Source of the DNA: Promethearchaeota archaeon
GTDB taxonomy: Archaea; Asgardarchaeota; Thorarchaeia; Thorarchaeales; Thorarchaeaceae
Assembly (NCBI GenBank): GCA_014728035.1
Contig: WJMJ01000071.1
Location: 64,001-128,000 of the forward strand
Direction: 5' to 3'
Length of the DNA: 64,000 bases
Below the pieces are notes generated by a model, which worked only from the letters and a program-made list of their open reading frames with translations, was not told the DNA's origin and did not search any database. Numbering within the stretch: the first letter of the stretch is position 1; each line of letters starts with the position of its first letter. The translations under genes and the position numbers were made by a program. Shown piece by piece: positions 20,223 through 29,113 of the stretch.

Positions 20223-21110
20223 ATGCAAAGGTGTTTGTTCTTGAAAATTAATAGATCGCGAATCATACTTATCCTTCTATCGATATTTCCATTAGTTATT
20301 GGGTCTGCTATCGGAATCTCCGTACTTGGTAGTGGTCTTATTGGGCGAATAATATCAGAATCTTACAATTATAGTGTGTCCGATATAATCATACAAGCAA
20401 TAGTATCGACAGGGTTGGGTGCACTTGTAGTTTTAGCTTTATTCACAGTAATGAAGAGAGGTGGACGTGGTACAAGGAAAATTGTTGTCGCATTTGTTGT
20501 ATCGCCCATTCTCTATTTTGTTTCTTTGTTTGTAAGTCAGGTTTTCCTGCTTATACTACTAAAGGGATCTGAAGATGTATGGTTTGGACTTTTATCTCTT
20601 TTTTCTCTGGCTGTTGCAATGGTATCTTTAGCTCTTTTGGTAATTGATGCAATTCCACCAACAGTCCGCAATCTGTTTGTAATATTTTATGGAAGTGTTT
20701 TTGGTGTATTCATGGGATTAACCTTAATCACTTCTACGATGTTTGTGATGATATTAACACTAATAGTCGAAGACTATTTCCTTACAAGACATTCTCCAGC
20801 AATTGATGATATACAGATGGATGACCGTTTAGGATCTGATCCATTTGATTATACCCGCATAAAGACAGAGAGTGTTTCTATTGGTGCTGGCGATTATGTT
20901 ACATTCTCTTTGATTTCATCCCATACTGTTGCCTTCTTTCCTTGGTATGTCTGGGTTATGTCCATGGCACTTGCCTCTGTGGGTATTATCATAAATATCA
21001 CTATTTTGGCTAAAGAGGATGATATACTCCCAGCTATTCCTCTCCCTGCTGGTTTAGCTTTACTACCATGGATTCTTCACATTGCATCTCTTTTTATCCT
21101 TGGAGCTTGA
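20223..21110 (+). CDS. Presenilin/signal-peptide-peptidase-like GxGD intramembrane aspartyl protease
   Basis: About 9 TM helices; VEDYF (first Asp), IGAGDY (GxGD) and LPAIP (PAL) motifs in canonical order. Confidence 0.85.
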   Translation: MQRCLFLKINRSRIILILLSIFPLVIGSAIGISVLGSGLIGRIISESYNYSVSDIIIQAIVSTGLGALVVLALFTVMKRGGRGTRKIVVAFVVSPILYFVSLFVSQVFLLILLKGSEDVWFGLLSLFSLAVAMVSLALLVIDAIPPTVRNLFVIFYGSVFGVFMGLTLITSTMFVMILTLIVEDYFLTRHSPAIDDIQMDDRLGSDPFDYTRIKTESVSIGAGDYVTFSLISSHTVAFFPWYVWVMSMALASVGIIINITILAKEDDILPAIPLPAGLALLPWILHIASLFILGA

Positions 21111-21203
21111 TAGGGAAAGAATAAAAGTCGATATTGGTCGAGTACAACTGCGTAAAGCAAAAGGGGTATATTTAGCTCGAATTATTATCACTGGTGAAGA
21201 GAA

Positions 21204-21737
21204 ATGATATCTGGTGAGAAGACTCAAAATGCGATTGTCATATCAGTCATGCTAATCGCTATTATTAGTGGTGCATCACTTTATTCATCCGCCCAGTATT
21301 TCAGTGGTGCCAATATAATCACAAACTTTCTTGAGATTGATTTGGTTGGACTAGAAATAACTAATTTGGATCCAATAAATAGGACAAATCCCCGCCTTTC
21401 GGTATCATTTCGATTTCAAGCTCCTCAAGTTCCTGCAGGTTCAATACGTCTTAGTGCTCTTGATTGTGATGTTAGCATTAATGGGTCGGCACTAAGTGGA
21501 AAGGATATTGGACTAATTGTTCCTCCTGAATACAGGACAGTAGGATCAGAATATGATGAAACCTTAAACATGTCGATTAATATCGAATTTGAATCGGATA
21601 AAAATACTGTTTACAATGCATCTAGTTCTGGCGAATGGAATTTCATCATCGAATTGACAGTAGGATATTCTACTTTTCAATCTAGAAGCACAAATATCAT
21701 AATACAAGTTTGGGCATCAGATGGTTTCATTGTCTGA
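21204..21737 (+). CDS. Membrane-anchored beta-rich protein (LEA2/WHy-like)
   Basis: N-terminal TM helix followed by beta-strands (LSVSFRF...IRLSALDCDVSING). Confidence 0.55.
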   Translation: MISGEKTQNAIVISVMLIAIISGASLYSSAQYFSGANIITNFLEIDLVGLEITNLDPINRTNPRLSVSFRFQAPQVPAGSIRLSALDCDVSINGSALSGKDIGLIVPPEYRTVGSEYDETLNMSINIEFESDKNTVYNASSSGEWNFIIELTVGYSTFQSRSTNIIIQVWASDGFIV

Positions 21738-22742
21738 TGCCAAGCGTTTCTTGAGTATTTGTATCCTGTCCACATTGATTGGATCCACACCAATAATGTT
21801 GGCAAGGTTGACTGATACTCTATCAAGATAATGTGTTATAGCCAAAGTTTCCTCCAGTTTTGATTGACTTCTCAATTTGATACTAACTGGTTCACACCCG
21901 TAGTCTTTGTATATATCATGGGTAATATCAAATCTCTGGCTTATCCTTCGAGTTTCGTGTACACTCCTAAGGAAAATTGGTACAAGCTTTTTTTCTGTGA
22001 ATGTTAGAACCGACTCTATCTCATTGTGATTTACTTCAGGTAGCTCTGAATAGAATGCTGCAGCTTTTGCATTTTCGTTTATTTGACATTTAGCTCGATA
22101 TGCTACTGGAAACAGGTGAGACCATCCGGTGAAAATTGGAATTTTTCCTACAAGAAATTGAGCAAAGTCTTCTGGCTTTCTAATCTCAGTACCCCATTGT
22201 TTCTGGGTTTTTTTCAGTTGTGCTGCAATCAATTTCAAATCAATATGCTCTTTTCCTAGCAGTAACTCGATTGTCGGAAAAACAGCTGAGAATATTAGTG
22301 GAAGGGCTGCACGTGGTTGAAAGCCTTTTGGAAGCACATGAGTACGATTTGATGGAACTTCTGTCCTCATTTTCCCTCCACTTGTGATTGCAAAACATGT
22401 AGAGCCCTTTTTTTTGGCTTCTCGAAGTGATAAGAGAGTTTCTTCTGTGTTACCTGAATAGCTAACTGCGATTATAATCCATGATTGCTTTACAAATTTC
22501 GGAATTGAATAGTTCCGGACTGAAATGATTGGCACATCTGAGTGTATTACTCCTTTTGTAAGCAATCCTGAAATAGCACTTCCACCCATTCCAAGTAGAC
22601 AAATTCCTTCAATATTATCTTTTTTTGCGAGCTGGATACTTTGTCGAAATTCTTGCGTTAATGTTGTAATTTGGAGCATTTCAGGGAATGCATCAACCAT
22701 CGATTGCATATCTGTTCTATCTATTTCTCCCAGGAGATTCAT
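21717..22742 (-). CDS. Bifunctional phosphoglucose/phosphomannose isomerase (SIS domains)
   Basis: GMGGSAISG, VSYSGNTEET, QPRAAL, QINENAK, PEVNHNEIE. Confidence 0.93.
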   Translation of the reverse strand: MNLLGEIDRTDMQSMVDAFPEMLQITTLTQEFRQSIQLAKKDNIEGICLLGMGGSAISGLLTKGVIHSDVPIISVRNYSIPKFVKQSWIIIAVSYSGNTEETLLSLREAKKKGSTCFAITSGGKMRTEVPSNRTHVLPKGFQPRAALPLIFSAVFPTIELLLGKEHIDLKLIAAQLKKTQKQWGTEIRKPEDFAQFLVGKIPIFTGWSHLFPVAYRAKCQINENAKAAAFYSELPEVNHNEIESVLTFTEKKLVPIFLRSVHETRRISQRFDITHDIYKDYGCEPVSIKLRSQSKLEETLAITHYLDRVSVNLANIIGVDPINVDRIQILKKRLASDNETI

Positions 22743-22868
22743 TTCAATCAAGAAGATTTCATCAGTTTTATATATATCCTGATTGGTGATTTTTGGTTTA
22801 GATGATAAGACTAAAAACGAGCTTCTTAATGCAATACAGTATCCCCTATCTTTTTGGAGGATATTGAA

Positions 22869-23375
22869 ATGGGAATTATGCGGACTGCTGCAGTGAAAGG
22901 GATAATCCCTGCTGGAAACAAAGTGACTGAACTACGAAGTAACCTTACTCGTTTGATGAATGAATGTGCAATTGTCTTGGAAGAACGATTCGGACAGGAG
23001 GGCTTAGATGCCTTAACTGAAGTTTTCAGCCGTCTAGGGTCACAAGATGCCAAATCGATGAAGGAACGGTTAAGATTAGATAATGGATTGGAAGATGCAT
23101 CAGATGCTTGGAAAGTAATAGGCCATATGTTTGGAGCAAAAATGAATGATACTTGGAAATCAGAAGAGTATGTTGAGTTCGATCATCCGTTCTGCCCTCA
23201 ACATTCTGAATTTCAAAAACATAATGCATTATACTGCGATACTGTTTGTTTGCCCTATGTAAAAGCAGTAGCTGAAGGTATTGCTCCTGGTATATCTGTC
23301 GGTGTTGTAAGAAAAGCAACAAAAGATAGTACTTGTATAAAATCGCTCGAATTGGAGAAACCGAGAAGTGAGTAG
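22869..23375 (+). CDS. V4R/ATC-hydrolase-like small ligand-binding domain protein
   Basis: HPFCP...YCDTVC...C pattern; GGAGG RBS. Confidence 0.65.
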   Translation: MGIMRTAAVKGIIPAGNKVTELRSNLTRLMNECAIVLEERFGQEGLDALTEVFSRLGSQDAKSMKERLRLDNGLEDASDAWKVIGHMFGAKMNDTWKSEEYVEFDHPFCPQHSEFQKHNALYCDTVCLPYVKAVAEGIAPGISVGVVRKATKDSTCIKSLELEKPRSE

Positions 23376-24021
23376 TTTTTCAAGCACTTTAATAGAATTT
23401 AGAGTAGGGAGTAATCTTCTATCAGGCATATTGGAATCGAAAACTAATGAACATCTTTTTGTTATGTTCTTATTGCATCCTCATCCTCTTTTTGGTGGAG
23501 ATATGCATAATGAGGTAATTAGAGAAATTGCTCTACATCTCCAACACATAGGAGTTGATACTTTCAGATTTAATTTCAGAGGTAGTGGAGATAGCAAATC
23601 CGACTATGCTGGTGTCGATGGGGCTGTTGCTGATTTGCGTAATGCGGTTGATAAAGTACAATCAGTAACTGGAATATCAAAATACAGTTTCTTAGGCTAT
23701 TCCTTTGGTGCTTCTATCGCATTAATATCGACTGGAATAATGGATCCAAATTATGTTATCGCTCTAAGCCCATCATATAGTCTTATCCAAGAAACCTCAA
23801 ATCATGATGATATCTTACAGAATATTTCCTGTCCAACGCTTCTTATTCACGGATCTAGAGATATGACTGTTCCAATAAAGAATTCAATCATTATCGCCAA
23901 AAAAATCGAAGATTCATTACTCACGAAAATCATATTGAATGAAGGACATTTTTATCTCAATAAACTTCCTCACACATGCGAAATTATAAAGGACTATATC
24001 ACAAGCCAGAAACCTCAATAA
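23368..24021 (+). CDS. Alpha/beta hydrolase
   Basis: HPHPLFGGDMHN, RFNFRGSG, GYSFG nucleophile elbow, HGSRD, GHF. Confidence 0.92.
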   Translation: MSSFSSTLIEFRVGSNLLSGILESKTNEHLFVMFLLHPHPLFGGDMHNEVIREIALHLQHIGVDTFRFNFRGSGDSKSDYAGVDGAVADLRNAVDKVQSVTGISKYSFLGYSFGASIALISTGIMDPNYVIALSPSYSLIQETSNHDDILQNISCPTLLIHGSRDMTVPIKNSIIIAKKIEDSLLTKIILNEGHFYLNKLPHTCEIIKDYITSQKPQ

Positions 24022-24083
24022 CAGTATATTGAGTATGAAACATATCATTAGGTTTCAAAACATAGAACGCGAGGACCAGAGAA

Positions 24084-24770
24084 TTGCTGAAAGCAGTACT
24101 CTTTGACATGGATGGAACAATAACTGAATTGACATTGCCCTTGGAGGCAATGCGTAGTGACACAAAGAAATTCTTTCTAGAACGAGGTCTACCTTCTAGT
24201 CTTCTGACTATAGATGATGGAATTTCTAGTACTAAATACAAAGCTAAAACCTACTTCTCAGATAATGGTATTTCGGAAGAAGATTGGAAGCAGATGGAAC
24301 TTGATCTTGATGTGGTTCTGAATTCCCATGAGGGTGATGCTGCTAAAAACACCTTGATTATTCCAGGTACTTTAGAATCAGTACAGCAGATTAGAACCCT
24401 TGGCTTGAAGACTGCAGTTCTAACTAACAATGGTCGTCATGCGGTGGATATAATATTACAAACTCATCCTTTCCATGAATATTTTGACATTATTCAGACC
24501 AGAAATGAATCCCCTAACCCCAAACCATATCCTGACGGTCTCCTAAAATTAGTGCGTTATTTGAACCTTAAGGTTGATGAGGTAGTATATGTTGGGGATG
24601 CTCGTATAGATGCGGCTGCTGCACAAGCTGCAGGTATCGAGTTTTGGGGTGTTTCTACTGGTGAAACTTCAAAACAAGTTTTGGTAAGTGTTGGTTCGGA
24701 TTTGGTATTTTCTTCTCTGAATGAGGTTGCTAAAGAAGTTAAGAATCGGATAGACAATGAACTTGACTAG
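24084..24770 (+). CDS. HAD-superfamily phosphatase (phosphoglycolate-phosphatase-like)
   Basis: FDMDGT, VLTNN, KPYPD, YVGDARID. Confidence 0.92.
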   Translation: MLKAVLFDMDGTITELTLPLEAMRSDTKKFFLERGLPSSLLTIDDGISSTKYKAKTYFSDNGISEEDWKQMELDLDVVLNSHEGDAAKNTLIIPGTLESVQQIRTLGLKTAVLTNNGRHAVDIILQTHPFHEYFDIIQTRNESPNPKPYPDGLLKLVRYLNLKVDEVVYVGDARIDAAAAQAAGIEFWGVSTGETSKQVLVSVGSDLVFSSLNEVAKEVKNRIDNELD

Positions 24771-25038
24771 ACCTCTCTGACCAAATGTTAAGTCAGTATT
24801 TTATAGGTAGTCTGTTTTATCTTGGAAAACGTACTCCCTCTGATATTTTGATAATTTGGTCTTCTTTGAAAGAAACACCGCTTTTTTCCCCATCTATTTA
24901 CATTCTCCTTAAGCTTTAGGTTTCTTAGGAAACTTTTCACTGTTCGTTCGTGTTATATGGCTTTGAGATATAGTTGTTAGCAAGGCATACACCTCAATGT
25001 GATAACAACTACAACCACCATGGAGATTATTCGATACA

Positions 25039-25446
25039 ATGAAACTAGACGAGGGTACTTATGTGATATTACAGTCTGCTCAAGGAGCATATGCATGTAG
25101 AACGTTACCAATTCCAAAACATTGGAATCCTATAAGCAGACCTCATGTAGCCTTGCTAATTCCGGATAATGGGAAAGTATTCAAACTATATCTTTCTGAA
25201 CCAAATTTGGAATGCACTCTAGAAGGCAATCCCATTTTGGTTTCTGATTTTGATACTATTCCTGATAGAGCAATTATTGAAATAAGATATACATGTCTCA
25301 ACTATTGCTTCTACAGACGTGATCGTGATATCTGGATCAAGGTTGCAGAAGCAGATTCCCCGTTCATAATCGAAGTTTTTTCTTATGGTTATGATTCAAT
25401 CATTGTAGAAACATCTCCTTTTCCACAGGTATTTGATTTCTGTTAG
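25039..25446 (+). CDS. Hypothetical protein, possible divergent FHA domain
   Basis: CR...ISRPHVAL...LEGNPI...IPDRAIIEI spacing matches the FHA GR..SRxH..NG..L.DGD.I pattern; GGAG RBS. Confidence 0.5.
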   Translation: MKLDEGTYVILQSAQGAYACRTLPIPKHWNPISRPHVALLIPDNGKVFKLYLSEPNLECTLEGNPILVSDFDTIPDRAIIEIRYTCLNYCFYRRDRDIWIKVAEADSPFIIEVFSYGYDSIIVETSPFPQVFDFC

Positions 25447-25473
25447 AGGTGTAGAATAACTAAGTAAAAGACA

Positions 25474-25720
25474 GAATGGGGGGGAGACCTCCCTCATTCA
25501 AAATAATAATTTTTGCATCATAAACAAATTGAAGGTGCGAGGTGCGCCAGGAAAAATAGTACGCTTGGTTGCTTGAGGAGGTTAATCGCGACTTTTTCAG
25601 TGCGATTGGAGGAGAGGATGTGTGCACCTTTTGTGCAATCAGGATTTTTCAGGAGGGAGCATCACTATTGATGACATTCGTCAAATGTGATGTTTGGCGC
25701 TCCTCGACACGCATTCAATT
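25474..25720. ncRNA. Candidate multibranch structured RNA with three GGAGG/CCTCC junction motifs plus a terminal hairpin
   Basis: Outer stem 25527-25549/25695-25720, three internal hairpins and hairpin 25474-25499. Minus-strand TTTTAAAT box at 25748-25741. Confidence 0.55.
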
Positions 25721-25857
25721 GTATGTACCACAATAATACATTTAAAACTTGTGATAATCTCTATTAATTATTCTATTTATTGCGATTTTCACAATATTTG
25801 GCGGGGATTAGGTTCGTCCAAGAATTGATTATATAGTTTTGAACATATTATATTATT

Positions 25858-25950
25858 AGGAACGACCTGAGGACTATTCTTGTTATGATCATTCCGTAAC
25901 ATTCTCTCTCCTCCTCCAGCGTTAATTTCTCAGGTCGCTCTTCTTCTTCT
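25858..25950 (+). ncRNA. Candidate small RNA with exposed CUCUCUCCUCCUCC
   Basis: TTATATAG box at about 25829; stem CGACCTGAG/CTCAGGTCG; inner hairpin TGTTATG/CGTAACA; pyrimidine tail. Confidence 0.55.
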
Positions 25951-26009
25951 ATTAATATCATCAACTTATCATCACAATAATAAAACACCCATGTTGACAT
26001 TACATACAC

Positions 26010-26040
26010 TTATATTATAATATATTATATTATAATATAA
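26010..26040. promoter_or_regulatory. Tandem AT palindrome (TATATTATAATATA x2): TATA box and/or operator
   Basis: TTATATTATAATATATTATATTATAATATAA directly upstream of the GC-clamped element at 26042. Confidence 0.5.
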
Positions 26041-26041
26041 C

Positions 26042-26138
26042 GGGGGCCACAATCATCCGCTACACACACCCTCTCTCTCAGATTTGACGTCCAATTCCAC
26101 AAGCGCTGCGGATTCGATTCCTCCTATTTTTGGCCCCC
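26042..26138 (+). ncRNA. Candidate small RNA with CU-rich loop and GATTCCTCCT bulge
   Basis: GGGGGCCA/TGGCCCCC clamp and ATCCGC/GCGGAT inner stem. Confidence 0.55.
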
Positions 26139-26201
26139 AGACCTTCTGCTATCCAGCAAGTTTTAAAGGACTTCTACATTGCACTCGAATGGAGAAGAAC
26201 A

Positions 26202-26573
26202 ATGTCATCAATTGCGAAAAAAGCAGTCGACAGTACGGTGAAACGGATTTTACTTCATATGGCAGAGATAATTGCATCAATTGGTATATTGATCTTGATA
26301 TGTTTACCACTTCTCTTTGCTATTCCTCAATGGTTCCAGCTTGTATTGTTCTATTCGCCATCCCTTGATTTGCTTGTAAATCCTGTTGCATGGTTAAATG
26401 CCAGTGGTGCCATTATGGCCATTGTTGCACTTGCTTTTGTAGGGCTAATATTCGTGTATCCAATAATCACGAAGATAGCTTCGTCAGGTCTTGAAACTGA
26501 TGATGATTACATCGACGAGGACGAAGATGAAGAATACTTTGATGAAGAAATTGAATCAGAAGAGACTGAGTAA
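26202..26573 (+). CDS. Small two-TM membrane protein with acidic tail
   Basis: ATG 26202 with GGAG RBS; two hydrophobic helices; D/E-rich C-terminus. Confidence 0.7.
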   Translation: MSSIAKKAVDSTVKRILLHMAEIIASIGILILICLPLLFAIPQWFQLVLFYSPSLDLLVNPVAWLNASGAIMAIVALAFVGLIFVYPIITKIASSGLETDDDYIDEDEDEEYFDEEIESEETE

Positions 26574-26596
26574 TATCTCAGTCTATCTGTTCATCT

Positions 26597-27403
26597 TTAT
26601 ACTAACTTAATTCTCTCAGCAAGTGTTTTCACAATAGCATTGAAATCTTGCGAAACCTTGGAGTCTGGTTCTTGGATTACAAATGGAGTACCTTCATCAC
26701 TTAATTTTGTAACTCTTGGGTCTAATGGAAGAGTTCCCAAATGATCAATGCCAAAGTCTTCTGATGCTTTTTGTGCAGCGCCTTTTCCAAATATTTTGTA
26801 TGCCTTTCCACATTCTGGGCAAATGAACTCGGTCATATTTTCTATAATTCCAAGAACCGGTACATTCATTTTTGATACCAATTGGATAGCACGCCTAGCA
26901 TCAAGCACAGCTACCTCTTGGGGTGTTGTTACTATAATCACCCCATCAATGTCTGGTATTGATTGTAGGATGCTCAGAATCTCATCACCTGTACCTGGCG
27001 GCAAGTCTACGACAAGTACATCCAAATCTCCCCATAGGACATTTCCAAGAAACTGGTTTATTGCTCGTGCTACTAGGGGGCCTCTCCATGCCACAGCGTC
27101 ATCGCTTTTTCTTAGCAATAAACCCATACTCATAACCTTCACACCTTCAGGTCCCATTACTGGATGAATCATGTTTCCTTCTGCTGCTGGATGTTTGCCT
27201 TCTAGTCCCAATAATTTCGGCACATTAGGTCCATAGATATCAACATCAAGAATTCCGGCAGAATGGGATTTTGAAAAAGCCATTGCAAGATTTGCTGCAA
27301 CAGTGGTCTTTCCTACCCCTCCTTTGCCTGATAGAACTACAATCTTGTGCTTTATTCCTTTCATGGCTTTTGCTACTTCTTCTGGAACTGTTGGTTTTGA
27401 CAA
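26597..27403 (-). CDS. mrp: Mrp/NBP35 (ApbC) Fe-S cluster carrier ATPase
   Basis: SGKGGVGKTT, DVDIYGPN, WRGP, DLPPGTGDE, ENM..FICPECG. Confidence 0.95.
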   Translation of the reverse strand: MSKPTVPEEVAKAMKGIKHKIVVLSGKGGVGKTTVAANLAMAFSKSHSAGILDVDIYGPNVPKLLGLEGKHPAAEGNMIHPVMGPEGVKVMSMGLLLRKSDDAVAWRGPLVARAINQFLGNVLWGDLDVLVVDLPPGTGDEILSILQSIPDIDGVIIVTTPQEVAVLDARRAIQLVSKMNVPVLGIIENMTEFICPECGKAYKIFGKGAAQKASEDFGIDHLGTLPLDPRVTKLSDEGTPFVIQEPDSKVSQDFNAIVKTLAERIKLV

Positions 27404-27475
27404 GGAATCAACTCCAATTTAGCTGAATCTAACAATGATATAAACAATAAGTTAGCTACTAGCTGACTTTTGCTT

Positions 27476-28288
27476 TCATTTTGAAACATATAGTCGATGA
27501 ATAGATTGGGCTAGAGATTCGTCTGAGGCAGCGATAAAATTCATCATATACTGTGAATCTAATGACATGACAAATCGATCTCCCCCCTCTCCCAGGATGT
27601 ACCCTCCAGCTTCGGATACCATATGTGTTCCACTTACGTGGATGATTGGGAGCATATCACGGAGGTCTACCATGGCATCAAGTTTGCCAGCTGCAACCCA
27701 ACAGAGGTCTAACAAATTACTTGCTGTTCTTCTCACATCTTTTACACCGTCCACTATCCTCTGTGAAGCAGACGAAAAATAGGAATCCCCCTTCTTCTTT
27801 GAGTCGTAGGAAATAATTGCTTCCTCGATTGGAATTGGTTGTGCAACAGAAACTGGTTTTCCGTTACATGTCACACCTTGCCCTTTCCGCGCAACATACG
27901 TTTCCTTCGTAAAGTATGAATCAACAATACTGATTTCGATTTCGTCAGTGGTTAGATTGGGCTTAAATGATGAAGCAGAAATTCCGATTGTACATAATGG
28001 GATATTTCTTTCCAAGTTTGCTGATCCGTCAATAGGATCTATTATTACAAGATACTCAGTTTTTCCTTCTGAATTAATGATGCCTTGTTCTTCCGTAACA
28101 ATCTTCATCTGATATCCAGAGGTCTGCAATACCTCGATAGCTGCGTTTTCCGCTTCTTGGTCAAGGAGGAGTGTCTTATCGCCAAATGGGTTTTCAAAAC
28201 CAGTTTTTTCAGCTGCTTGGTCTAAATTATTTACCACAACTTTTTTCGCTGCTATAATTGCATCAAATAAGACTCCTTCAAGGGTCAT
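27476..28288 (-). CDS. Inositol monophosphatase/FBPase family protein
   Basis: GDKTLLLDQEAE, TEEQG, IDPIDGSANL, EAGG. Confidence 0.9.
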   Translation of the reverse strand: MTLEGVLFDAIIAAKKVVVNNLDQAAEKTGFENPFGDKTLLLDQEAENAAIEVLQTSGYQMKIVTEEQGIINSEGKTEYLVIIDPIDGSANLERNIPLCTIGISASSFKPNLTTDEIEISIVDSYFTKETYVARKGQGVTCNGKPVSVAQPIPIEEAIISYDSKKKGDSYFSSASQRIVDGVKDVRRTASNLLDLCWVAAGKLDAMVDLRDMLPIIHVSGTHMVSEAGGYILGEGGDRFVMSLDSQYMMNFIAASDESLAQSIHRLYVSK

Positions 28289-28409
28289 ACTATCACATCT
28301 ACACTGCATTCTATTTTGGATAATAATTTACCTCAAGCAGACCAATGCCAAATGGTTAAATGTTCTGAGTACTTCTTTGTAGTGTAACCCGAAATATGGT
28401 GGACAATTA

Positions 28410-29078
28410 ATGGGTTTTCTGAGTGGTAAGAAAAAAGTCGATTCCGAACGTGGAATTCTTGAAATAAAAGGTACTATGAATGCTCTAACATTACGTATCA
28501 GACGACTTGATACACGAATGGCGGAAGAACGTAAATCCGCAAAGGACGCTATGAAACGTGGCGATAGATCTAGTGCAAAAGCACATCTAACTCATGTAAT
28601 GGACCTAGAGGGACGTAAAAGTCGCTATCGTCAGCAGGTTACTACTCTTGAAACAGCTCTTATGAATCTCGAAGAAGCTCAGGACCAAGCTGAGGTGTTG
28701 AGTGCATTCAAAATTGCAAATGCTGCTTTGGCCCAAGCTCGTGAGCTACTTAGTCCTACTGAAATTCAGATGCAACTTGACCGTCTATCTCAGTCTTTCG
28801 AGCATATCTCTATTGCTGGTGAACTTCTCTCTGAAGATCTTTCAAGTGGTGCAACAACTCTTGAGGCAGAAGAGAGAATTGATAGAGAATTAGATGCCAT
28901 TGAAGCTGAAGTTCTATTAGAGAAAGAAGGAGTACTTCCTCCACTCGAAGACGAAAGGGAAGCGGAAGCAGTTACTTCTGCAGATTCAGGTTCTAGTAAA
29001 GAAGAACGTATAGATGCAATGTTAGCAGACTTAGAACGTGAGGCTAGAGAGGAACGAGAAAAAGAAGCACAGAGCTAA
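28410..29078 (+). CDS. ESCRT-III (Snf7/Vps20-32-60-like) protein
   Basis: MGFLSGKKK N-terminus, basic helical hairpin (AKDAMKRGDRSSAKAHL), LETALMNLEEAQDQAEVLSAFKIANAAL, acidic C-terminus with IDRELDAIE, LPPL and IDAMLADLE. Confidence 0.88.
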   Translation: MGFLSGKKKVDSERGILEIKGTMNALTLRIRRLDTRMAEERKSAKDAMKRGDRSSAKAHLTHVMDLEGRKSRYRQQVTTLETALMNLEEAQDQAEVLSAFKIANAALAQARELLSPTEIQMQLDRLSQSFEHISIAGELLSEDLSSGATTLEAEERIDRELDAIEAEVLLEKEGVLPPLEDEREAEAVTSADSGSSKEERIDAMLADLEREAREEREKEAQS

Positions 29079-29113
29079 TTATGAGAAAGATTCCTGTTTA
29101 GGTGTTTTTGGTT

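Noticed and set aside
26042-26140. tRNA or tmRNA (GGGGGCC start, GATTCGATTC resembling a T-loop)
   Set aside because: No cloverleaf can be drawn: there is no D or anticodon arm, and the TTCGA is not closed by a 5-bp T stem adjoining the acceptor stem. Kept only as a generic structured RNA.
26084-26201. ORF 26084..26368 and the TTG-start extension of 26130..26573
   Set aside because: They overlap the structured element; a better ATG with RBS and upstream TATA box exists at 26202.
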